From Escherichia coli (GTDB lineage: Bacteria > Pseudomonadota > Gammaproteobacteria > Enterobacterales > Enterobacteriaceae), in the NCBI RefSeq assembly GCF_050920415.1, contig NZ_CP169309.1: DNA of 64,000 nucleotides; one strand, 5' to 3'. Shown here piece after piece: positions 38,415-45,705 of this stretch. Within the stretch, counting starts at the first letter, position 1. Each line of letters opens with the position of its first letter. Made by a program: the position numbers and the translations under genes. The notes below the pieces were generated by a model. It saw only the letters and a list, made by a program, of their open reading frames with translations, was not told where the DNA came from and did not search any database.

Positions 38415-39251
38415 TCAGAAGTCAGCCAGCTGGTCGGAGGCTGCGCCCGTTGCGGTGAACCGGTTCTGCGGATCGCCGTCCTGCGTGCGCAGTTTTTCCT
38501 TCAGTGCTGCCAGCTCTGTGGTCAGTGAAGTGATTTTCTGGCTGTCCTGCTGATGGCGGGTTTCCAGTGCATTAAAACGGTCGATAATGTCGGCCTGTGA
38601 CGTTGCGACGCCTTCCACCGCTTCCTGAATGCGGGAGAAACTGGCGTCATCCGCTTTGCGGCCACGGCCAATAATCCCCATTACGCGGTTAAACCACTGG
38701 GTGCCTTCTTCCTGGCGTTGTTCTGCCATTTCGATGATTTCAGACTCGATGGCTTCGGAGATAAGCGGTGCTTCACCCTGGACACTGTTGAACGTCATCA
38801 CCGCCTGACGTTGCTGTGCCGTGAATTTCAGGCGCTCAGTGCCCAGGCTTGCCGGGGTGTCGGTCATCGCCAGCCCGACCAGATAGGCGCGCCCGTTAAC
38901 GGAGAACTGCGGGTGCAGTTCGATACTGGAATAGATTTTCTTGCCGTCAGCGACAAGCTGCTTCATGCGCTCGGTCGGTTCGATTTCTGCATACAGCGCA
39001 GTACGTCCGGCCAGCGGGCCTTCCGTAATATCTTCCGTACTCAGCGCGGTGACATCGCCCATTGCGGAAAATTCGCTTGACGGGCATGGCGAGAGATAGT
39101 GCTCAACGTTCACGCGGGCAGCGTAAACATCCGGGTTGAAGTTCTCGGCGGCTTCACGCAGATGTACCGGACTGATTTCGCGGCCATCAACAGTTGATCC
39201 GGAGACAGCCACGCGAAACTTTTTGCGGGATGTCTTTTTTTCATTAGCCAT
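38415..39251 (-). CDS. P2 gpO-like capsid scaffold/protease
   Basis: About 278 aa from MANEKKTSRKKFRVAVSGSTVDGREISP, similar to the P2 gpO N-terminus. Confidence 0.85.
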   Translation of the reverse strand: MANEKKTSRKKFRVAVSGSTVDGREISPVHLREAAENFNPDVYAARVNVEHYLSPCPSSEFSAMGDVTALSTEDITEGPLAGRTALYAEIEPTERMKQLVADGKKIYSSIELHPQFSVNGRAYLVGLAMTDTPASLGTERLKFTAQQRQAVMTFNSVQGEAPLISEAIESEIIEMAEQRQEEGTQWFNRVMGIIGRGRKADDASFSRIQEAVEGVATSQADIIDRFNALETRHQQDSQKITSLTTELAALKEKLRTQDGDPQNRFTATGAASDQLADF

Positions 39252-39317
39252 AGTTTTTGCCCCTCTGACTGGTTCTTCAGTCATGATGGCAAAGCGTAAC
39301 AGGCTGATACAAAGGGC

Positions 39318-39345
39318 TTTTGTTGTAAGAAAACGGCCAGAACAG
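39318..39345 (+). promoter_or_regulatory. candidate late-activator site in the O/P divergent spacer
   Basis: TTTTGTTGT-N12-AGAACAG, near the middle of the 154-bp spacer. Paralogous to 21594-21621. Confidence 0.5.
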
Positions 39346-39405
39346 GGGGTTAAGGAGAACGGTTTCGCGCGCGGGTAATCTTCCTGTAATTACTCAGGGG
39401 GAGCA

Positions 39406-41157
39406 ATGATTCAGGACGCTTTTGTGCGCCAGCGTGCGCGGCAACTTTACTGGCAGGGTTATCCGCCCGCAGAAATATCACGTCTGATGGGAATAAACCC
39501 GAACACGATTTATGCGTGGAAAAAACGCGACCAGTGGGATGAAACGCCACCCGTGCAGCGTGTCACGCAGTCCATCGATGCGCGCCTCATCCAGCTCACT
39601 GAAAAACAGAATAAAACAGGTGGTGACTTCAAGGAAATAGACCTGCTGACCCGGCAGCTTAAAAAACTGCATGATGGCCAGCCGGATGCGACGGCCACAG
39701 GAAAGAAAGGCCGGGCGAAAAAGCTTAAAAATCATTTCACGCCGGAACAGATTGCCGCACTGCGGGAAAAAATCATCAGCAGGCTGGAGTGGCATCAGCG
39801 GGGCTGGTTTGACTCCCTGACCCTTTGCAGGGAAGCAGGGATACGTAACAGGATGATCCTGAAATCCCGACAGATTGGGGCGACCTGGTATTTTGCACAG
39901 GAAGCGCTGCTGATGGCGCTGCGTGACGATGTGGCGCAACCTTACCAGCGTAACCAGATTTTTTTGTCTGCGTCGCGTCGTCAGGCGTTCCAGTTTAAAA
40001 GCATTATTCAGAAGGCCGCGGCTGAAGTTGATGTGGAGTTGAAAGGGGGCGATAAAATCATCCTCTCCAACGGCGCAGAGCTGCATTTTCTCGGCACTTC
40101 TGCTGCGTCGGCACAGTCCTATACGGGCAATTTTTATTTTGATGAATTTTTCTGGGTCAGTCGCTTTGCTGAACTGCGCAAGGTGGCTGGCGCTATGGCA
40201 ACCCTCAGCGGACTGCGGCGCACCTACTTCTCCACGCCATCCACCGAAACGCACGAGGCATACGCCTACTGGAACGGCGACCGCTGGAACGAGAAAAAGG
40301 CCACGCATAAACGCCAGCGTTTTTCTGTGGACTGGAAAACGCTGCATAACGGGCTTATCTGCCCTGACCGGACGTGGCGGCAAATTGTCACGCTGGAAGA
40401 TGTGGTTAATCACGGCTGGAAACACACCGATATCGACGAAATTCGTGATGAAAACACCGAAGACGAGTTCCTCAATCTCTATATGTGTGAGTTTGTCCGC
40501 GAAGGGGAATCGGCATTTAACCTGAATATCCTGATTGGCTGCGGTGTTGACGGATACGACGACTGGAAAGACTGGAAACCTTTTGCTCCCCGCCCGATGG
40601 GGAATCGTCCGGTATGGATTGGGTATGACGCAAACGGCAGCAGTGGCAACGGCGACAGCGGCGCTGTGTCCGTGGTGGTTCCTCCGTCTGTTCCTGGTGG
40701 CCGTTTTCGAACGGTGGAGACGCGACGCGCTCAGGGGCTGGAGTTTGAAGAACAGGCCAGAGTCATTGAAGAGTTCACGTGTCGCTACAACGTGGAACAC
40801 ATCGGCATTGATGTGACGGGCGGGAACGGGGAGGCTGTTTATCAGATAGTGAAACGGTTTTTCCCTGCCGCTATTCCGTACACCTTCACGCTGTCATCAA
40901 AACGGTCGCTGGTACTGAAAATGCTGCAAATAATGCGTGCCGGGCGGTGGGAATACGATCGCGCCGAACGCGAGCTGGTCGCGGCCTTTAACGCCGTGCG
41001 TAAGGTGAAAACACCGGGCGGCTTTATCACTTACGAAACGGACCGCGCGAGGGGGATCAGCCACGGCGACCTTGCGTGGGCAACCATGCTTGCTGTCATT
41101 AACGAACCAATTGGCGGCGAAGGAGAAAACGAGCGTTTCACGGTTATGGAGTTCTGA
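39406..41157 (+). CDS. P2 gpP-like terminase large (ATPase) subunit
   Basis: 583 aa in the P2 position, divergent from O. Confidence 0.9.
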   Translation: MIQDAFVRQRARQLYWQGYPPAEISRLMGINPNTIYAWKKRDQWDETPPVQRVTQSIDARLIQLTEKQNKTGGDFKEIDLLTRQLKKLHDGQPDATATGKKGRAKKLKNHFTPEQIAALREKIISRLEWHQRGWFDSLTLCREAGIRNRMILKSRQIGATWYFAQEALLMALRDDVAQPYQRNQIFLSASRRQAFQFKSIIQKAAAEVDVELKGGDKIILSNGAELHFLGTSAASAQSYTGNFYFDEFFWVSRFAELRKVAGAMATLSGLRRTYFSTPSTETHEAYAYWNGDRWNEKKATHKRQRFSVDWKTLHNGLICPDRTWRQIVTLEDVVNHGWKHTDIDEIRDENTEDEFLNLYMCEFVREGESAFNLNILIGCGVDGYDDWKDWKPFAPRPMGNRPVWIGYDANGSSGNGDSGAVSVVVPPSVPGGRFRTVETRRAQGLEFEEQARVIEEFTCRYNVEHIGIDVTGGNGEAVYQIVKRFFPAAIPYTFTLSSKRSLVLKMLQIMRAGRWEYDRAERELVAAFNAVRKVKTPGGFITYETDRARGISHGDLAWATMLAVINEPIGGEGENERFTVMEF

Positions 41158-42203
41158 TGAGCAGAAAAAATAAAAAAGTGCGCATGAGTTCACGCATTGA
41201 TCTCGCTGATGCGCTCAGGAAAGAATCATCGCTCAGTGCATTCACATTTGATGGTCCTTATCGCCTGACCGGGCATGACCTGCTGGACAATATGTACTGT
41301 GCTGATAACGGGCGGTGGTATGAAACCCCGGTGGACTGGTACGGTCTGGCAAGAGCCGCCCGGCAAACGTCCTGGCATCAGTCTGCGCTTTACTTTAAGC
41401 GCAATGTATTGCTCGGTTGCTACATCCCGCACCCGCTGCTTTCCCGGCAGGATTTCTCGGCGCTGGCGCTGGACTGGTTTGTGTTCGGTAACGCATTCCT
41501 TGAGCTTCGAAGCAATATGCTCGGCGAACCGCTTAAATTACGGCACGCCCTGGCGAAATACATGCGACGCGGAAGCGATCTTGAATCATGGTGGTATGTG
41601 CAGGATGGCAAGGATGCGTTTCAGTTTCGCCCAGGCAAAGTGTGCCACCTGATGAATCCGGACATTAACCAGGAAATCTACGGCATGCCGGAATATCTCG
41701 GCGCATTACTCTCGGCCAGCCTGTCTCATTCGGCGGACATGTTCAGAAAACTGTATTACGACAACGGATCCCACGCCGGGTGCATCATCTACATCGGTGC
41801 AGCGCAGGTAAACCGCGAAAGCATGGACTCCCTGAAAGAAACGCTACAGGGTGCGCGTGGTGGTGGTGCGTTTAAAAACGTGCTCATTCATGCGCCCAAC
41901 GGGGGCAAAGAGGGGGTGCAAATTTTGCCGTTCCAGCAGATCACCGCAAAGGATGAGTTCATGAATGTTAAGGCGGCATCCCGTGATGATGTGCTGGCTG
42001 CGCACCGCGTTCCGCCGCAACTGATGGGGGCGATGCCGGGTGAAAAAAGTGCGTTTGGTGATGTGGAGAAGGCCGCGCGGGTTTACGCAATTAACGAGCT
42101 GATGCCCGTCATGGAGGCCATGAAGCATATCAATGACTGGCTTGGCGAAGAGGTGCTCCGCTTTAACCCTTACGCACTGCTGGACACCCAGCCCACATCC
42201 TGA
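41157..42203 (+). CDS. P2 gpQ-like portal protein
   Basis: 348 aa; ATGA overlap with P. Confidence 0.9.
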   Translation: MSRKNKKVRMSSRIDLADALRKESSLSAFTFDGPYRLTGHDLLDNMYCADNGRWYETPVDWYGLARAARQTSWHQSALYFKRNVLLGCYIPHPLLSRQDFSALALDWFVFGNAFLELRSNMLGEPLKLRHALAKYMRRGSDLESWWYVQDGKDAFQFRPGKVCHLMNPDINQEIYGMPEYLGALLSASLSHSADMFRKLYYDNGSHAGCIIYIGAAQVNRESMDSLKETLQGARGGGAFKNVLIHAPNGGKEGVQILPFQQITAKDEFMNVKAASRDDVLAAHRVPPQLMGAMPGEKSAFGDVEKAARVYAINELMPVMEAMKHINDWLGEEVLRFNPYALLDTQPTS

Positions 42204-42627
42204 CGCGCTTCGCTTGTCTGCTGCTTCGCCGGGGCATAAAAAATTTATGCCCCGACTCTCCAGCTCCTGTATCAGTCAGATAATTTCACGACGCCTTCCA
42301 GTTTATCGCCACTATCGACAGTCAGACTCTTACGCAATCCCACTGCGCTGACTGCATGTTCTCGCCGCCTCAGTGCGATTTTGACGGCCTTATCTGCCAC
42401 CCCGTCAAATCAAAAGCCCTCACGTCTTTTTCACGCTCAGCGTGAGAAATACAGCCATTCTGTTGTGTCGCTGCGACATCGTTCAGGGGATGCTATTTAC
42501 CCCCTGAAACGCGGGCTGTTCCCCCGTCACCTGCGCGTAGAAAAAGCGCGTTTTTTTGTGCACGCACGGATCCTTGACGGATCCAGCCGCCACGCGGGCC
42601 GGAAGGGCAAAAAGTCGTTCAAAAAAA

Positions 42628-42654
42628 TTGTGCAAATTTGTGCACTATTGTGCA
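42628..42654 (+). repeat. three TTGTGCA words phased exactly 10 bp apart
   Basis: aTTGTGCAaa tTTGTGCAct aTTGTGCAtt, preceded by an A7 tract. Confidence 0.8.
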
Positions 42655-42662
42655 TTGAAATA

Positions 42663-42683
42663 AACGCCCTGGAAGAGGGCGTT
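42663..42683. terminator. hairpin terminator at the end of the minus-strand early/accessory operon
   Basis: AACGCCCT-GGAAG-AGGGCGTT, with T-rich flanks on both strands. Confidence 0.7.
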
Positions 42684-42694
42684 TTGGCTCATTT

Positions 42695-42955
42695 CTATAG
42701 CTTTGATGCAGGCTGGGCTAGATGTAAGGGTTGGACATACCAGCCTTTTGATAACCAACTCTCTGCAACATCTTTACTCCTTGTTATTGCTGGTATTCCG
42801 ATGCCGTTATTTACATGCATCCATGCTACTGGCTCTGCTTCCAGCGATGCCAGTGCAATTTCATAAGCACGGCGTTCAATATTGTCTCGAACGTCCAGGC
42901 TGCCGATGCGCTCTTTGATTTCTTTAATCAGTTCTTTGTCGGTGAACGTTGTCAT
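42695..42955 (-). CDS. hypothetical protein (86 aa)
   Basis: Last ORF of the tightly packed minus-strand operon. No recognisable domain. Confidence 0.55.
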   Translation of the reverse strand: MTTFTDKELIKEIKERIGSLDVRDNIERRAYEIALASLEAEPVAWMHVNNGIGIPAITRSKDVAESWLSKGWYVQPLHLAQPASKL

Positions 42956-42965
42956 GTGTTAGTCC

Positions 42966-43229
42966 TTATCCTGCTGTGCTTTCAACTGATGAGGGGAACA
43001 AAATCTTTTCATCAAATCCGGCATTCATATCATGGACAGCAACACACCAATCCATCGACGAACGATTATCAAGAGCCTCCATGATTTCATCCATGCGGCG
43101 TAGGTCATACAGGTAAATGTTTTTATCGCCAATGGTGTAAAAACCAATTTTTTTCGGTGATGGACAGCGATCAAGAACGTCCTGTAATTCGTTCAACCAT
43201 GCCTGTTCTTTTTTTGTCAACGTTGCCAT
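42966..43229 (-). CDS. hypothetical protein (87 aa)
   Basis: Start at MATLTKKEQAWLNEL, 1 nt after the stop of the upstream ORF. The listed ORF is extended upstream. Confidence 0.55.
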   Translation of the reverse strand: MATLTKKEQAWLNELQDVLDRCPSPKKIGFYTIGDKNIYLYDLRRMDEIMEALDNRSSMDWCVAVHDMNAGFDEKILFPSSVESTAG

Positions 43230-43230
43230 A

Positions 43231-43449
43231 TCAGTTTTCCTTATACGGATTAATTTTATTGTGCAATGTGTTGAACGACGCCCATACCACGTCGTTATAC
43301 AATTCAATAACTGGCTCAATTATTTTCCCGATTGCCCAGATAAAAATTAGCGGGGATATCGGTATCATCAACACGATAAACAGAATGAGAAACAGAAATT
43401 CTATTGCTCTACTCTTTCGCGGATAGTTTTTCCTGAATAGTGTAGGCAC
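43231..43449 (-). CDS. small membrane protein (72 aa)
   Basis: One or two TM helices (AIEFLFLILFIVLMIPISPLIFIWAIG). Confidence 0.55.
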   Translation of the reverse strand: MPTLFRKNYPRKSRAIEFLFLILFIVLMIPISPLIFIWAIGKIIEPVIELYNDVVWASFNTLHNKINPYKEN

Positions 43450-43450
43450 C

Positions 43451-43645
43451 TCACTCTCCTTTAATGCGAAAGTGGTTTTTCCAGCGGTTTTGCGCCGCGC
43501 TGGGCTTTTTGCAAAAACCGCAATCCATCATCCCGTAATATTTCATCAACCCCATTCGTCGGTTGCTGAGTCTCACCCACTGCCATACGCCTGGATCGTT
43601 TCTGCGAACTAACAGAATCTTTGCTTTACGGTTGTTGGTTGCCAT
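43451..43645 (-). CDS. hypothetical basic protein (64 aa; alternative start at 43666)
   Basis: [23 protein letters not shown].. Confidence 0.5.
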   Translation of the reverse strand: MATNNRKAKILLVRRNDPGVWQWVRLSNRRMGLMKYYGMMDCGFCKKPSAAQNRWKNHFRIKGE

Positions 43646-43961
43646 ATCCCCCTCCCTTGATACCAATATTTACAACATGGCAAGCCTCTTTGAGCACCCA
43701 GTCAACAGCGTCTTTCCATGCTCCGGTTTCGGCTGGCGGATTCTCACGCTTTACCAGTTCATAGAAACGTACTGCTCTAACCAGTCCATCTGACGGTTTT
43801 GCCTGTAGTGCAGCCTGAGCTATGCGGTATGCCTGGAGTATACGGGCGTCGTTGATATCCATTCCGAACGGAATTTCTGATGATTGTGATTCTGCATCTT
43901 CAAGCCTGGCAATTTCTTTACGTAAGAAGTATTTCAACTCTTGTTTTTGTTTTCTGTTCAT
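43626..43961 (-). CDS. hypothetical protein (111 aa)
   Basis: ATGA overlap with the upstream ZBD gene. Confidence 0.55.
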   Translation of the reverse strand: MNRKQKQELKYFLRKEIARLEDAESQSSEIPFGMDINDARILQAYRIAQAALQAKPSDGLVRAVRFYELVKRENPPAETGAWKDAVDWVLKEACHVVNIGIKGGGYGNQQP

Positions 43962-44290
43962 GCGTTTTTTCCCTTTTTGTCTGTCACTTCTCTCCTGATA
44001 ATTTCATTGCACAAATCCACGCACTCATTGCAGATGTAAACAGACGGTCCAGCAATCACCTTTGTGACTTCGTACTGGGATTTATTGCAGAAGCTGCAAT
44101 AAATCGTCTCCTCACCTGAAGTCCATGTTTTGCTGGTTTCGCCAGACATCAGTTGTTTGAGGTCTTTTTCACGACGAAGAACTATCTGGCCACATTCAGC
44201 TATTTTTTGGATGTTGACATTTTCTTCTTTCGCCAGCGCTTCCATCCGCTCAATCAGTCGCTGCGCTTTTTCTCTGTCAATGTGTTGCAT
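43958..44290 (-). CDS. protein with a C-terminal ClpX-type C4 zinc-binding domain (ZBD)
   Basis: 110 aa. Residues ~64-102, [39 protein letters not shown], match E. coli Clp[40 protein letters not shown] at about 30 of 39 positions by eye, and all four Cys are kept. Confidence 0.85.
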   Translation of the reverse strand: MQHIDREKAQRLIERMEALAKEENVNIQKIAECGQIVLRREKDLKQLMSGETSKTWTSGEETIYCSFCNKSQYEVTKVIAGPSVYICNECVDLCNEIIRREVTDKKGKNA

Positions 44291-44353
44291 TGTGTCCCCC
44301 TTGTTTATGCTCCCGGGTTAAAGTCATCAGGGCGGATGCGCCCTGATGTTGTG

Positions 44354-44665
44354 TTATTCGGGAAATAACGCCCGGATATTTCCGGCCATCTGACTGGTTA
44401 TCTGTGCGGCTGATACTGGCTGTGACGCGGGGCGTTCTGTCCTGGGTTGTGTCACTGATAACGCCTCATCATCAGCCCATGCAGCCAGTCGGTAAGCCTC
44501 TGCCGGATTCATTTTCAGTAGTGCCAGCCCGGCCAGAAAAGCCACGCGTTGACCACTTTTGCGGGCTTCTGGTGTAAGGCTGTCCAGCCAGGCGCATGCT
44601 TCGCCTTCGTTCTTGACGGCGGCGGGCTTCAGATAGAAACTTATCCGTCTGGTTGGTGTCGTCAT
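44354..44665 (-). CDS. parR: ParR-like ribbon-helix-helix centromere-binding protein
   Basis: 103 aa from MTTPTRRISFYLKPAAVKNEGEACAWLDSLTPEARKSGQRVAFLAGLALL, compared with R1 ParR ..RRTIAFKLNPDVNQTDKIVCDTLDSIPQGERSRLNRAALTAGLALY. Confidence 0.8.
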   Translation of the reverse strand: MTTPTRRISFYLKPAAVKNEGEACAWLDSLTPEARKSGQRVAFLAGLALLKMNPAEAYRLAAWADDEALSVTQPRTERPASQPVSAAQITSQMAGNIRALFPE

Positions 44666-44669
44666 TGGC

Positions 44670-45629
44670 TTACTCCTTGTCCATTGCGTACAGCCCATTA
44701 ACCAGAGCAAACTGTGGCACCCCGTCCGCGATGAAAGTCGCATTAACTCCGCAGGCTTCGCGGATAGCGGGTGCCACAATCTCCGCCCCGCCACCGACAA
44801 CCATCACCCGCCCGTAACCCGAAAAACCCGCCAGCGCGCGGATCACGCGTTGTTTCAGTGTTTCTTCCTTTTCACGAATAACCGCCATCAGGCTGGCGTA
44901 ATGCGCGTCATTGTGGATGTGCTGGCGCAGCCAGGCTTCATCATGGCGATGTTCAATAATGGTATTGGCGATGTGGTGACTGGTGCGCATACCGTTAGTG
45001 GCCATCACCGACAGCACGGCATCGGCCATCAGTGAAACACCTACGTGTGGATCGCAAAACACCTGGCTGATACCTGCCAGTTGTCCCTGAACCTTTGCCA
45101 CATCCAGCGTGGTTCCGCCCAAATCCACAATCAGCAGGGATTCAAACGGACTCATGTCAGCCAGTGCCTTAAAGCCTGCCGGAATGGATTCAGGCATAAC
45201 CCGCACGTTACGGATAGTGAATGCCTCACCGTTCTGGTACTCCACCGGGCGCATAACGTTCGCTTTTTTGCGGTTGATGTTGGCCATGTCCGGCTGTGCG
45301 TTTGTGTCGAAATACTCGCTCAGTGGCAGGGTGACAACCACATCCACCTCCTGTGGCGTGATGCCTGATTTGACCAGCGCGTGATGAATGGCAATGACAT
45401 TCACATCGCTGTATTGGTATTGCGTGTCGGTCGTCTGGACAAAGCGATCGCTGACCGGATCAAAACCATAGCGCACGCCATCAAGCATGTAGTTCGCGGG
45501 CTGCGTGCCACCGAACGGCGCAGACCATTCCGACTTGAAGCTGTTCGGGCTGATGGCGTTGCGGCGTTCGCCGTTCTCAGTCCATGCCAGCTTGATGTTG
45601 GTGGAGCCGTCGTCGATACAAATTTTCAT
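44670..45629 (-). CDS. parM: ParM/StbA actin-like plasmid segregation ATPase
   Basis: 319 aa, MKICIDDGSTNIKLAW..ISPNSFKSEW..YSDVNVIAIHHAL..VMPESIPAGF..LIVDLGGTTLDV..VMVVGGGAE.., colinear with R1 ParM along its full length. Confidence 0.9.
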   Translation of the reverse strand: MKICIDDGSTNIKLAWTENGERRNAISPNSFKSEWSAPFGGTQPANYMLDGVRYGFDPVSDRFVQTTDTQYQYSDVNVIAIHHALVKSGITPQEVDVVVTLPLSEYFDTNAQPDMANINRKKANVMRPVEYQNGEAFTIRNVRVMPESIPAGFKALADMSPFESLLIVDLGGTTLDVAKVQGQLAGISQVFCDPHVGVSLMADAVLSVMATNGMRTSHHIANTIIEHRHDEAWLRQHIHNDAHYASLMAVIREKEETLKQRVIRALAGFSGYGRVMVVGGGAEIVAPAIREACGVNATFIADGVPQFALVNGLYAMDKE

Positions 45630-45663
45630 GTCGCTTTTCCTTATGTTGATTAATTAATCGTTT

Positions 45664-45683
45664 ACGGGATTCTGAAATCCCGT
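45664..45683. promoter_or_regulatory. dyad ACGGGATT-N4-AATCCCGT upstream of parM (candidate ParR operator / parC element)
   Basis: Perfect 8-bp arms. Part of a ~40-bp direct repeat with 45734-45775. Confidence 0.45.
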
Positions 45684-45705
45684 TTTTGCCTGCTTTGTGC
45701 GCGCT

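Larger units (their letters stand above)
42204..42690. other. long non-coding region expected to contain cos (exact cohesive end not resolved)
   Basis: In P2, cos lies just beyond the 3' end of Q. Two GC-rich candidates read on the minus strand: GAGGCGGCGAG (42361-71) and GCGTGGCGG (42587-95), compared with P2/186 GGCG(A/T)GGCGGGG. There is also the palindrome GGGGCATAAA-AAA-TTTATGCCCC at 42231-53. Confidence 0.35.

Noticed and set aside
39478-40800. 440-aa ORF on the minus strand, with similar long antisense ORFs at 25192-26184 (330 aa), 47992-49065 (357 aa), 3778-4338 and 10466-10975
   Set aside because: Each lies entirely antisense to a well-supported gene (terminase, tape measure, gpA, amyA, tcyJ). 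Their composition is Arg/Pro/Ser-rich and shadow-like, with no RBS context. They are typical high-GC antisense artefacts.
42628-42654. Short phased repeats considered as a CRISPR-like or iteron array
   Set aside because: There are only three 7-bp words with 3-bp spacers, no spacer-sized unique segments and no cas genes. It is kept only as a possible protein-binding array.
42381-42866. 161-aa plus-strand ORF spanning the cos region, and the 72-aa ORF at 42133-42351
   Set aside because: They cross palindromes, the phased repeats, a terminator and the 3' end of a minus-strand gene. There is no RBS and the composition is odd. The P2-family layout predicts non-coding cos DNA here.
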